The notes under the pieces: generated by a model
Told to the model about the DNA's origin: nothing
Seen by the model: only the letters and a program-made list of their open reading frames with translations
Database searches by the model: none
Program-made: the position numbers and the translations under genes
Shown here: in pieces, positions 53,590 to 62,033 of the stretch
Numbering within the stretch: the stretch's first letter is position 1
Layout of the letters: every line of letters begins with the position of its first letter
Assembly (NCBI GenBank): GCA_963784675.1
Contig: CAWASE010000001.1
Span: 28,449 to 92,448, forward strand
DNA length: 64,000 nucleotides
Reading direction: 5' to 3'
Source of the DNA: an uncultured Actinomycetes bacterium
GTDB lineage: Bacteria > Actinomycetota > Actinomycetes > Mycobacteriales > SCTD01

Positions 53590-54876
53590 GTGACCCAGCT
53601 GGCCGAGCTGGCACGCGACGTCACAGACGAAGAGCGGGTCGACCGGCTCCGCGTCCTGGAGCAGGTCTCCTGCGCCGTCGCTGCCGCGCAGGCTCGCGAG
53701 GCCGTCCGGCTGGACGCCTCGCGTCGAGCCGCCCGGGCGGCCGCAGGCGTGCCGGCTGCCCGGCAGGGCGAAGGGGTCGCCGCCGAGATCGGGCTGGCCC
53801 GGCGGGTGTCCCCGCACCGGGGCGCCCGGCTGCTAGGCATGGCCAAGATCCTGACGGCCGAGATGCCGCACACGCTGGCGCTGATGACCGCCGGGGCGCT
53901 CACCGAGTGGCGCGCCACCCTGCTGGTACGGGAGACCGCGTGTCTCGAGCTCGCCGACCGGCAGACCGTCGACGCCCAGCTGTGCGGCGGCCGACGACCC
54001 GATGGCGGCCGGCCTCGGCGACGCCGGGACTGGTCGCCGAGATCCGCGGGCTGGCCGCCGGCTCTGGACGCCCGTGCAGTGGCCGCCCGCGCCGCGAAGG
54101 CCGCCGCCGACCGGCACGTCAGCATCCGCCCGGCTCCGGACACGATGGCGTGGGTGTCCGCGCTGCTGCCGGTCTCCGACGGCGTCGCTGTCTACGCCGC
54201 GCTCCGCCAGGCAGCCGATACCGCCCGCAGCGACGGCGACAGGCGCAGCCGCGGGCAGGTCATGGCCGACACCCTGGTCGCTCGGGCCACCGGCCGAGAC
54301 CCGCTCGAACGTTCGGTCGACCTCGACGTCCGGGTGGTGCTGTCCGACGCCACGCTGCTCGACGGCGACGACGAACCGGCCCAGGTGTCCGGGTACGGAC
54401 CGGTCCCCGGCCCGTGGGTGCGGCGGCTGATCGCCGACGCCGCGGCAGACCCCGACGTCAACGTCTGGGTACGGCAGCTCTACGCCGCGCCGCACGGCGG
54501 CCTGACCGCCACCGCGTCCCGCTCCCGCCTGGCCCCGGCCGGCCTGGCCGAGCTGATCGCCCTCCGCGACCGGAGGTGCCGCACCCCCTGGTGCGACGCG
54601 CCTATCCGGCAGACCGACCACATCACCCCGTGGGCCGACGACGGCGCCACCGAGGCCGCCAACCTGCAGGGGCTCTGCGAACGGTGCAACCTCGCCCGCC
54701 AGGCCCCCGGCTGGCATGCCGCCGCTCCCCCGGGCCTCGGCCGTCATACCGTCGTCATCACCAGCCCCACCAGGCACACCTACGTCCCCACCGCGCCCTC
54801 GCCGCCTGGCCACCGGACCGGCCGACCCGACTTCTGTCTCGAGGCCGGCCTGCGCCGCCTGCTCTCCGCGGCCTGA
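53590..54876 (+). CDS. DUF222 / HNH endonuclease family protein (possibly frameshifted; ancestral start probably ATG 53549)
   Basis: MPHTLALMTAGALTEWRATLLVRETACL..., RPAPDTMAWVSALLPVSDGVAVYAAL, RSRGQVMADTLV, and the HNH motif RCRTPWCDAPIRQTDHITPWADDGATEAANLQGLCERCN. An internal 27-codon stretch is out of the family frame (see findings). Confidence 0.75.
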   Translation: MTQLAELARDVTDEERVDRLRVLEQVSCAVAAAQAREAVRLDASRRAARAAAGVPAARQGEGVAAEIGLARRVSPHRGARLLGMAKILTAEMPHTLALMTAGALTEWRATLLVRETACLELADRQTVDAQLCGGRRPDGGRPRRRRDWSPRSAGWPPALDARAVAARAAKAAADRHVSIRPAPDTMAWVSALLPVSDGVAVYAALRQAADTARSDGDRRSRGQVMADTLVARATGRDPLERSVDLDVRVVLSDATLLDGDDEPAQVSGYGPVPGPWVRRLIADAAADPDVNVWVRQLYAAPHGGLTATASRSRLAPAGLAELIALRDRRCRTPWCDAPIRQTDHITPWADDGATEAANLQGLCERCNLARQAPGWHAAAPPGLGRHTVVITSPTRHTYVPTAPSPPGHRTGRPDFCLEAGLRRLLSAA

Positions 54877-54974
54877 CGCTTTCGGTCACCTGGCCGGGCC
54901 ACCTCGCGGGGAACGCGACGGCTCCGGGCAACGTGCGCTGGCGGGCGTCGTCGCGCGCCGTGACGCCAGGATCC

Positions 54975-56153
54975 TTACCCAGGCGGACCGGTACGACCGG
55001 TACGCACCACCGACTCGCTCGACAGCTCGGCGGTGCTCGCGTGCCCTGCCAGGCCGGCCTGGAGGTCCAGGTCGGCCAGGAAGCAGCGCAGGACGTGCTC
55101 GACGCCCTCCTGGCCTGCCAGTGCCAGCCCGTGCACCCACGGACGGCCGAGCAGCACGGCCGCGGCGCCCAGTGCCAGGGCCTTGCAGGCGTCGGCGCCG
55201 GTGCGCACGCCGCTGTCGAACAGCACCGGCAGCTCTCCGGCGGCCTCGACGACGCCGGGCAGCGCGTCCAGCGAGCCGACGGCACCGTCGACCTGGCGCC
55301 CGCCGTGGTTGCTGCAGACGATCCCCTGCACCCCGGCGTCGAGCGCGCGGCGGGCGTCGTCGGGGTGCTGGACACCCTTGAGCACGATCGGCAGGTCGGT
55401 CTGCTCGCGCAGCCAGGCGAGGTCGTCCCAGGTGAGGGTGGGGTTGTTGAACAGACCGACGAACTTCAGCACCGCAGCGTTCTGGTCGCCCGCCGGCAGC
55501 CCCTGCTGGAACACCGGGTCGGAGAAGTAGTTCGCGACGCCCTCGGCCTGCAGGAAGGGCAGGTAGGCGGCAGACAGGTCGCGGGGTCGCCAGCCGAGCT
55601 GCCAGGTGTCCAGCGTGACGACGAGGGCGCCGTACCCCGCCCTGCCGGCCCGCTCGACGAAGGAGGCCGCCAGGTCGCGGTCCGCCGGCCAGTACAGCTG
55701 GTACCAGCGGGAGGCGTCCGGGGCGCTGGCGGCGACGTCCTCCATCGTCGTGGACGACGCGGTCGAGACGACCATCGTCAGAGCCAGCGCCGCGGCGGCG
55801 CGAGCAACGGCGCGCTCGGCGTCCGGGTGCACGATCGACAGGACGCCGACCGGGGCCAGCAGCACCGGCGCGGGCATCGTGGTGCCGAGCAGCGTCGTCT
55901 CGTGCGAGCGCTTGGCCGGGATGCCGCGCAGCATCCGCGGGACCAGGCGCCAGCGGTCGAACGCCTCCCGGTTGGCGCGCATCGTCTCCTCGCCCCCGGC
56001 GCCCCCGGCGACGTAGCCGAGCGCACCCGGGGTCATCACCGCGTGCGCGGCAGCCTCGGTCTCGCGCCAGCCGAACGGCAGGGTCGGTTGCTCACCGAAC
56101 AGGCCCTTCAGGTAGACCTCGTTCTGGAACTCGGCGAACGGCCCTGTGCTCAT
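54975..56153 (-). CDS. FMN-dependent alpha-hydroxy-acid oxidase family, lactate 2-monooxygenase-like
   Basis: GYVAGGAGGEETMRANREAF, WYQLYWP, VLKGV, VCSNHGGRQVDG, DSGVRTGAD. Confidence 0.8.
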   Translation of the reverse strand: MSTGPFAEFQNEVYLKGLFGEQPTLPFGWRETEAAAHAVMTPGALGYVAGGAGGEETMRANREAFDRWRLVPRMLRGIPAKRSHETTLLGTTMPAPVLLAPVGVLSIVHPDAERAVARAAAALALTMVVSTASSTTMEDVAASAPDASRWYQLYWPADRDLAASFVERAGRAGYGALVVTLDTWQLGWRPRDLSAAYLPFLQAEGVANYFSDPVFQQGLPAGDQNAAVLKFVGLFNNPTLTWDDLAWLREQTDLPIVLKGVQHPDDARRALDAGVQGIVCSNHGGRQVDGAVGSLDALPGVVEAAGELPVLFDSGVRTGADACKALALGAAAVLLGRPWVHGLALAGQEGVEHVLRCFLADLDLQAGLAGHASTAELSSESVVRTGRTGPPG

Positions 56154-56181
56154 GGACCGTTCCTACCCCACGGAGGACAGC

Positions 56182-56553
56182 ATGGCCGTCGACCCACGCG
56201 GAGCAGACCTCAAGCGCTACCTCGCCGAGGACCCCGGCGGGCCCGTCGTCATGCTGAACCTGCTGCGCTTCGAGCCCGACGGCGGACGCGCCGGCTACCA
56301 GCGGTACGCCGACCACTTCCGGGCGACGGCAACACGCTTCGGCGCCGAGATCCTCTACGTCGGCGACGGGTCGACCGCACTGGTCGCCGAGCAGGGTCAG
56401 GCCTGGGACGCCGTGCTGCTGGTGCGCTACCCGAGCCGGCAGGCCTTCTCGGACATGGTGCGCGACCCGGAGTACGGCAAGGGCACCCACCTGCGTACGC
56501 AGGCGCTGACCGAGGCGGTGCTGCAGGCCACGACGCCCTGGCCGGACGTCTGA
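56182..56553 (+). CDS. DUF1330-like protein
   Basis: MAVDPRGADLKRYLAEDPGGPVVMLNLLRF...WDAVLLVRYPSRQAFSDMVRDPEY. ATG 56182 chosen. Confidence 0.65.
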   Translation: MAVDPRGADLKRYLAEDPGGPVVMLNLLRFEPDGGRAGYQRYADHFRATATRFGAEILYVGDGSTALVAEQGQAWDAVLLVRYPSRQAFSDMVRDPEYGKGTHLRTQALTEAVLQATTPWPDV

Positions 56554-56682
56554 CGGGGGTGGCGCCCGCGCACGGGGGCAGGATCTGACCATCACCTGAC
56601 CGCTCGCGGCCGAGGGGCACGTGCCCGCACCCCTCGGCGTTGCGCAGGTGTCCGACCCCCCGACCCTCAGGAGCAGACCCTC

Positions 56683-57732
56683 GTGCGTGCGCTCGCCGTC
56701 ACCCCCGGTACCCAGGACTCGCTGACGCTCGTCGACCTGCCGGAGCCGGACGAGGCCGACGGCCCCGTGCTCGTCGAGGCCCTCGCCGTCGGCCTGTGCG
56801 GCACCGACCACGAGATCGTCAGCGGTGCCTACGGGCAGGCTCCCGACGGCTCGGACGTGCTGGTGCTCGGACACGAGAATCTCGGCCGGGTGCTGCAGGC
56901 CCCGGACGACAGCGGCCTGCGGGCAGGAGATCTCGTCGTCGGCATCGTCCGCCGGCCGGACCCGGTGCCGTGCAAGGCGTGTGCGGCCGACGAGTGGGAC
57001 ATGTGCCGCAACGGCCGCTACACCGAGCACGGCATCAAGGGCCTGCACGGCTTCGCCCGCGAGCGCTGGCGGGCGCAGGCCGACGCCGTGGTGCGGCTGG
57101 ACCCCGGCCTCGGTCCGCTCGGGGTGCTGCTGGAACCCACGACCATCGTGGCCAAGGCGTGGGAGCAGGTCGAGCGCATCGCCGCGCGGGCCTTCCACGA
57201 CCTGCGCGTCGTCGCGGTCACCGGAGCCGGGCCGGTCGGGCTGCTGGCGGCGCTGCTCGGTGTCCAGCGCGGGCTGGAGGTGCACGTGTACGACCAGGTG
57301 ACCGACGGACCCAAGCCCGGCCTGGTCCGCAGCCTGGGCGCCACCTACCACCACGACACGCTCACCGAGTCCGGCCTGGAGCCCGACGTGACGATCGAGT
57401 GCACCGGCGTGGCCTCGGTGGTCGTCGAGGCGATCAGCACCGGTGCGCCGGACTCGGTCACCTGCCTGACGGGGGTCTCCCCCGCCGGCACGACCCGACA
57501 GGTCGACATCGGGAGCTGGAACCGCGACACCGTCCTGGACAACGCGGTGGTGTTCGGCACGGTGAACGCCAACCGTCGGCACTACGAGGCCGCCGCCGCG
57601 TGCCTGGTCGCCGCCGACCAGGCGTGGCTGTCCCGGCTGGTGTCGCGCCGCGTGCCGTTGGCGGACTTCGCGACCGCCTTCGCCAAGCACGACGGCGACG
57701 TCAAGGTCGTCCTCGAGATCGCTCCGTCCTGA
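56683..57732 (+). CDS. Zinc-dependent glucose 1-dehydrogenase (MDR family, archaeal/actinobacterial type)
   Basis: MRALAVTPG...VGLCGTDHEIVSGAYG...LVLGHENLGRV...CKACAADEWDMCRNG...VTGAGPVGLLAA. Confidence 0.75.
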   Translation: MRALAVTPGTQDSLTLVDLPEPDEADGPVLVEALAVGLCGTDHEIVSGAYGQAPDGSDVLVLGHENLGRVLQAPDDSGLRAGDLVVGIVRRPDPVPCKACAADEWDMCRNGRYTEHGIKGLHGFARERWRAQADAVVRLDPGLGPLGVLLEPTTIVAKAWEQVERIAARAFHDLRVVAVTGAGPVGLLAALLGVQRGLEVHVYDQVTDGPKPGLVRSLGATYHHDTLTESGLEPDVTIECTGVASVVVEAISTGAPDSVTCLTGVSPAGTTRQVDIGSWNRDTVLDNAVVFGTVNANRRHYEAAAACLVAADQAWLSRLVSRRVPLADFATAFAKHDGDVKVVLEIAPS

Positions 57733-57734
57733 GC

Positions 57735-59504
57735 ATGTCCCGCATCGAGGACTACGGCCTGATCGGCGATCTGCACACCGCGGCCCTGGTGGGTACGGAC
57801 GGCTCCGTCGACTGGATGTGCATGCCGCACTTCGACTCGCCGGCGTGCTTCGCCGCGCTGCTGGACACCCCGGACGCCGGCTGCTGGTCGGTGGCACCGA
57901 CGGCGGGCGGAGTCTGCAGCTCGCGCCGCTACGTCGGCGAGACGCTCGTGCTGGAGAGCACCTGGGAGAACACGGACGGCGCTGTCCGGGTGCTCGACTT
58001 CATGCCGCCGCGCGGACACGAGGCCGACGTCGTCCGGATCGTCGAAGGCGTGCGGGGCCGGGTGGAGATGACCAGCCGGCTGCGGCTGCGGTTCGACTAC
58101 GGCCACGTCGTCCCGTGGGTGCGCCAGGACGGGCACGGGGGCATCGTCGCGGTGGCCGGTCCCGACTCGGCCTATCTGACGACGCCGGTCGAGCTCACCG
58201 GTCAGGAGATGGCGACCGTCGCGACGTTCGCGGTGCACGCCGGGGAGCGGGTGCCCTTCGTGCTGACCTGGGCGCCCAGCCACCATCCGCGGCCCGAGCC
58301 GGTCGACCCTGAGCAGGCGCTCGCGGACACCCTCGCGTTCTGGCAGGAGTGGTCGGGCCGCAGCACCGTCACCGGCCCGTACCGCGAGGCGGTGCAGCGC
58401 TCGCTCATCACCCTCAAGGCGCTGACGTACGCCCCGACCGGCGGCATCGTCGCCGCGGCAACGACCTCGTTGCCGGAGCAGCTCGGTGGCGTACGCAACT
58501 GGGACTACCGCTACTGCTGGCTGCGCGACGCGGCCCTGACGCTGGAGGCCCTGCTCGGCGCCGGCTACCGGGACGAGGCCGTGGCGTGGCGGGACTGGCT
58601 GCTGCGGGCTGTCGCCGGTGACCCCGCAGACCTGCAGATCATGTACGGCCTCGACGGTTCGCGGCGGCTGCCCGAGTACGAGCTGCCCTGGCTGGCGGGC
58701 TACGAGGGGTCCTCCCCGGTCCGGATCGGCAACGCGGCGGCGGACCAGCTGCAGCTCGACGTCTGGGGCGAGACGCTGGACGCCCTCGCGCTCACCCGCC
58801 GGGCGCTGGACCATGCCCCGGAGAGCAGCTGGGACCTGCAGACCGCGCTGATGGAGCACCTGGAGACCGTCTGGCAGCAGCCGGACAACGGGTTGTGGGA
58901 GATGCGCGGCGAGCCGCAGCACTTCACCTACTCCAAGGTGATGGCGTGGGTCGCGGCCGACCGGATGGTCAACGGCGTCGAGCAGTTCGGCCTGCCCGGT
59001 CCGGTCGACCGGTGGCGCGCACTCCGCGACACCGTGCACGCCGAGGTCATGGAGCAGGCGTGGGACGAGCGGGCCGGGACGTTCACGGCTGCCTACGGGG
59101 GCACCACGCTGGACGCCTCGCTGCTGCTGCTCGGGCGCGTCGGCTTCCTGCCCCCGGACCACCCGCGCATCGTCGCGACGGTCCGCGCGGTGCAGCGCGA
59201 GCTCGTTCGGGACGGGCTCGTCCTGCGGTACCGCACCGAGGCCGGCCACGACGGCCTGCCCGGCGACGAGGGAGCGTTCCTGGCGTGCTCGTTCTGGCTG
59301 GTGGAGGCGCTGCACGCCGCGGGTGAGACCGCCGAGGCCACCGCCCTGTTCGAGCACCTGCTGACGCTGCGCAACGACCTGGGGCTGCTCTCGGAGGAGT
59401 ACGACCCGGTCGCCGGCCGGGCGCTGGGCAACACCCCACAGGCGTTCAGCCACTTTCCCCTGGTCACCAGCGCCCTCGCACTGGGCGGCGTGCCGGCGCC
59501 CTGA
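57735..59504 (+). CDS. Glycoside hydrolase family 15 (glucoamylase/trehalase-like)
   Basis: MSRIEDYGLIGDLHTAALVGTDGSVDWMCMPHFDSPACFAALL..., SLPEQLGGVRNWDYRYCWLRDA, CSFWLVEAL. Starts 3 nt after the dehydrogenase stop. Confidence 0.85.
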   Translation: MSRIEDYGLIGDLHTAALVGTDGSVDWMCMPHFDSPACFAALLDTPDAGCWSVAPTAGGVCSSRRYVGETLVLESTWENTDGAVRVLDFMPPRGHEADVVRIVEGVRGRVEMTSRLRLRFDYGHVVPWVRQDGHGGIVAVAGPDSAYLTTPVELTGQEMATVATFAVHAGERVPFVLTWAPSHHPRPEPVDPEQALADTLAFWQEWSGRSTVTGPYREAVQRSLITLKALTYAPTGGIVAAATTSLPEQLGGVRNWDYRYCWLRDAALTLEALLGAGYRDEAVAWRDWLLRAVAGDPADLQIMYGLDGSRRLPEYELPWLAGYEGSSPVRIGNAAADQLQLDVWGETLDALALTRRALDHAPESSWDLQTALMEHLETVWQQPDNGLWEMRGEPQHFTYSKVMAWVAADRMVNGVEQFGLPGPVDRWRALRDTVHAEVMEQAWDERAGTFTAAYGGTTLDASLLLLGRVGFLPPDHPRIVATVRAVQRELVRDGLVLRYRTEAGHDGLPGDEGAFLACSFWLVEALHAAGETAEATALFEHLLTLRNDLGLLSEEYDPVAGRALGNTPQAFSHFPLVTSALALGGVPAP

Positions 59505-59522
59505 GCAGCCGAGCCGCCGGGC

Positions 59523-59759
59523 TCAGTCCTCGGGCAGCGCGGCGAAAGCCTTCTTGGTGCTGCGGTACCAGCCCATGCCCTTGATCGGGTGCTTCCACCG
59601 GCCGGCCATCTGGTCGGCGGCCTCCCGGTGCGCCTGGTCGCCGGTCGCGACAGCGTCCTTCAGGTGCCGGTCCTGCTGCGTGATGACGTCGTCGGCGGAC
59701 TCGCCGCGGAGTGCGAGGTCGCAGGCGCCGCCGAGCTGGGAGCAGGTCATCGTCTTCAT
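59523..59759 (-). CDS. DUF1059-like small protein
   Basis: 78 aa beginning MKTMTCSQLGGACDLALRGESADDVITQQDRHLKD.... Confidence 0.6.
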   Translation of the reverse strand: MKTMTCSQLGGACDLALRGESADDVITQQDRHLKDAVATGDQAHREAADQMAGRWKHPIKGMGWYRSTKKAFAALPED

Positions 59760-59789
59760 CGGTGCGTACCTCTTTCAGGTCGGTCGGGG

Positions 59790-60248
59790 TCAGGCCTGGG
59801 CGATGCGGACGAGGTTGCCCGACGGGTCACGGAACGCGCAGTCGCGCGCACCCCAGGGTTGCGAGACCGGTTCCTGCAGCACCTCGGCGCCGGTGGCCCG
59901 GACCCGCTCGAAGGTGGCGTCCAGGTCCTCGGTCCGGAAGATGGCCGCCTGCAGGGCACCCTGGGTCACCAGCGTGAGCAGAGCGTCGCCCTCGGCCGGC
60001 GAGCGGCCGCCGTGCGGCGGGAACAGGACGATGTCGAGCGCCTGCCCAGGACTGCCGACGGTGACCCAGCGCAGACCCCCGACGCCGACGTCGTTGCGCA
60101 CCTCCAGGCCCAACGCGTCGCGGTAGAAGCCGAGCGCCTCGTCCGGGTCGTGCACGGGGATGAACATCGCGGAGACGGTGACCGCGGAGTGGGTGATCGC
60201 GGAGTCGGTGGTCGCGGAGTCGGTGGTCGCGGAGTCGGTGACAGCCAT
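59790..60248 (-). CDS. VOC (glyoxalase/bleomycin-resistance) family protein with a repeat-encoded N-terminal extension
   Basis: MFIPVHDPDEALGFYRDALGLEV...AIFRTEDLDATFERVRATGAEVLQEP...FRDPSGNLVRI. An alternative start, ATG 60167, would exclude the repeat. Confidence 0.75.
   Translation of the reverse strand: MAVTDSATTDSATTDSAITHSAVTVSAMFIPVHDPDEALGFYRDALGLEVRNDVGVGGLRWVTVGSPGQALDIVLFPPHGGRSPAEGDALLTLVTQGALQAAIFRTEDLDATFERVRATGAEVLQEPVSQPWGARDCAFRDPSGNLVRIAQA
60168..60242 (-). repeat. 15-bp x5 in-frame tandem repeat (xTxSA pentapeptides)
   Basis: Units cgcggagacggtgac / cgcggagtgggtgat / cgcggagtcggtggt / cgcggagtcggtggt / cgcggagtcggtgac. They encode VTDSA TTDSA TTDSA ITHSA VTVSA on the reverse strand. 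Confidence 0.9.
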
Positions 60249-60319
60249 GCGGCGACCCTACGAGCAGCGGGACCTGCGGCGCTTGTCCGATCCTGCTCGA
60301 TCCGGGGCCGGTCGCCGGC

Positions 60320-60730
60320 TCAGCCGCGCGCGGCGGAGCGCTGCGGTCGCGTCGCCGCCTTGCTCACGCAGGCCGGCAGCACCTGCTGGTCGCGGTGGTC
60401 GCGGGCGCGGTAGCGCGAGGGCGCCTCGCCCACGATCTCGGAGAACCGCGCGCTGAACGAGCCCAGCGAGGTGCAGCCGACGGCGGTGCACGCGTCGGTC
60501 ACCGACACGCCCTGTCGCAGCAGGGCCATCGCGCGCTCGATGCGACGGGTCATCAGATAGCTGTACGGCGTCTCGCCGTAGGTCGCCCGGAAGCGGCGTG
60601 AGAAGTGCGCGGGCGACATGAGCGCGGTGCGGGCCATCCTGGGCACGTCCAGCGGCTCGGCGTAGGCACGGTCCATCAGGTCGCGGGCCCGACGCAGGTG
60701 CGCCAGGTCGGCGAGCTGCTCGGGCGTCAC
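60320..60730 (-). CDS. AraC-family transcriptional regulator (HTH-only, small)
   Basis: GTG 60730. LDVPRMARTALMSPAHFSRRFRATYGETPYSYLMTRRIERAMALL...VTDACTAVGCTSLGSFSARF. Confidence 0.8.
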   Translation of the reverse strand: MTPEQLADLAHLRRARDLMDRAYAEPLDVPRMARTALMSPAHFSRRFRATYGETPYSYLMTRRIERAMALLRQGVSVTDACTAVGCTSLGSFSARFSEIVGEAPSRYRARDHRDQQVLPACVSKAATRPQRSAARG

Positions 60731-60734
60731 GGCG

Positions 60735-61904
60735 CTACCGGTACTGCGCCGACAGCGCGAGGACCTGCTGGACGTAGGAGTCGAGGTGGTTGTAGGCGTA
60801 GACGGCCGAGTACAGCTGGTCCGGGCCCTTGTTCGCGCCGAACCGGCACAGGTAGGCCGCCGCGCTCGGGATCGCGTCGAACGGGTCGTTGATGTCGGCG
60901 TCGCCGTCGCGGTCGCCGTCCAGGCCGTAGGCGGCCCAGGTGCTGGGCAGGAACTGCATCGGCCCGAGGGCGCCGGCGCTGGACGGGCCGTTGTTGCGTC
61001 CGTGACCGCTCTCGACCTGGCCGATGGCGGCGAGCACCGTCCAGGAGAGTCCCGGGCAGTAGCGCGCGGAGTCGATGTAGAGCTCGCGATAGGTCCGGGG
61101 CCTGCCCTCGGGCGCCGCCGTGACCTCGGGTCGGAGCACGTCGACGATCGCGTCGCGGCCGACGACCTCGCGCACCGCCCGCCGCAGCGCCGCGATGCCA
61201 CGGTCGGGCGCGCTGACCAGCACCGCGCTGGACGGCACCACGCCGAGCCGGCGCGTGGTGGCACGGTCGGTGACCATCTCGATCCCCGGCAGCCCGAAAG
61301 AGGCGACGGCGCCGATGCGGCTGGGCACCTGCGTGGCCCCGCCGACGACGACATCGCTGCCTAGCGCGAGCGCGCGGGACCGCGCGAGCAGGTAGTCGGG
61401 GGCGACCTCACCGCGCGCCACCACCTGCCACAGCGCATCGGAGGAGGCCGTCTCCTGGGGGGTGAAGGAGCGGAAGGTCGAGGGGTCGACGCCGACGATC
61501 CGCACGCCGCGTCCGCCGACCTGGACGGTGCCGACGTCGACCACGCTGATCGCCGTGACCTTGCGGACCTGCTGCAGCGCCTGGACCTGCGCGGGCGTCA
61601 GGGGCTTCCGGACCGTGACCAGCAGGTCTGCCGCGCGCAGCGTCGCCAACGGCTGAACGACGACGGGCGACGGCGAGGCGGCCGGAGCGGCCGGCGCGCT
61701 GGGCAGCGGGGCGGCCGCCAGCGAGGCCGGCGGAAGGGCTCCGGGGTTGAGCGCTGCGACGTGGGCCGTCCGTCCGGTCGCACCCGTGACTGCCTTCGCC
61801 AGCCCCTGGCCCCCCAGCGCCGACGCGCCGACACCGGCGGCCAGCAGCATCGCGAGGGCGACCGGGAGCACGCGGCCGGGGCTACCGAGCCGGCCGAGTC
61901 GCAC
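60735..61904 (-). CDS. Secreted lytic transglycosylase domain protein
   Basis: GTG 61904 follows GGAAGGGAG. Signal VRLGRLGSPGRVLPVALAMLLAAGVGASA. C-terminal SLT-like motifs VLAAIGQVESGHG...GPMQFLPSTW...YAYNH. Confidence 0.75.
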   Translation of the reverse strand: MRLGRLGSPGRVLPVALAMLLAAGVGASALGGQGLAKAVTGATGRTAHVAALNPGALPPASLAAAPLPSAPAAPAASPSPVVVQPLATLRAADLLVTVRKPLTPAQVQALQQVRKVTAISVVDVGTVQVGGRGVRIVGVDPSTFRSFTPQETASSDALWQVVARGEVAPDYLLARSRALALGSDVVVGGATQVPSRIGAVASFGLPGIEMVTDRATTRRLGVVPSSAVLVSAPDRGIAALRRAVREVVGRDAIVDVLRPEVTAAPEGRPRTYRELYIDSARYCPGLSWTVLAAIGQVESGHGRNNGPSSAGALGPMQFLPSTWAAYGLDGDRDGDADINDPFDAIPSAAAYLCRFGANKGPDQLYSAVYAYNHLDSYVQQVLALSAQYR

Positions 61905-62033
61905 GGACGCTCCCTTCCTCCGACGCACCGCTGGGTCCACCCGGGCAGGGCGGTGCGACCATCCTGCCGTGGACAGCCCCCGACCGCAGGCGACTACGCG
62001 AGCCAACGACGCGGTGCCCGGGAAGGCAACGGC

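Noticed and set aside
60168-60242. A CRISPR-like or other non-coding repeat array.
   Set aside because: The units are directly adjacent 15-mers with no spacers, lie in frame within an ORF, and no cas genes are nearby. This is a coding minisatellite.
61905-62033. A possible cyclic-di-AMP (ydaO-type) riboswitch upstream of the lytic transglycosylase gene, since such riboswitches precede cell-wall hydrolases in actinobacteria.
   Set aside because: Only a GGTGGACCCA-like element is present. The other conserved blocks I recall (for example the ...CAGCTAACC... segment and the paired pseudo-symmetric halves) are absent. Excluding it formally would need a covariance-model scan.
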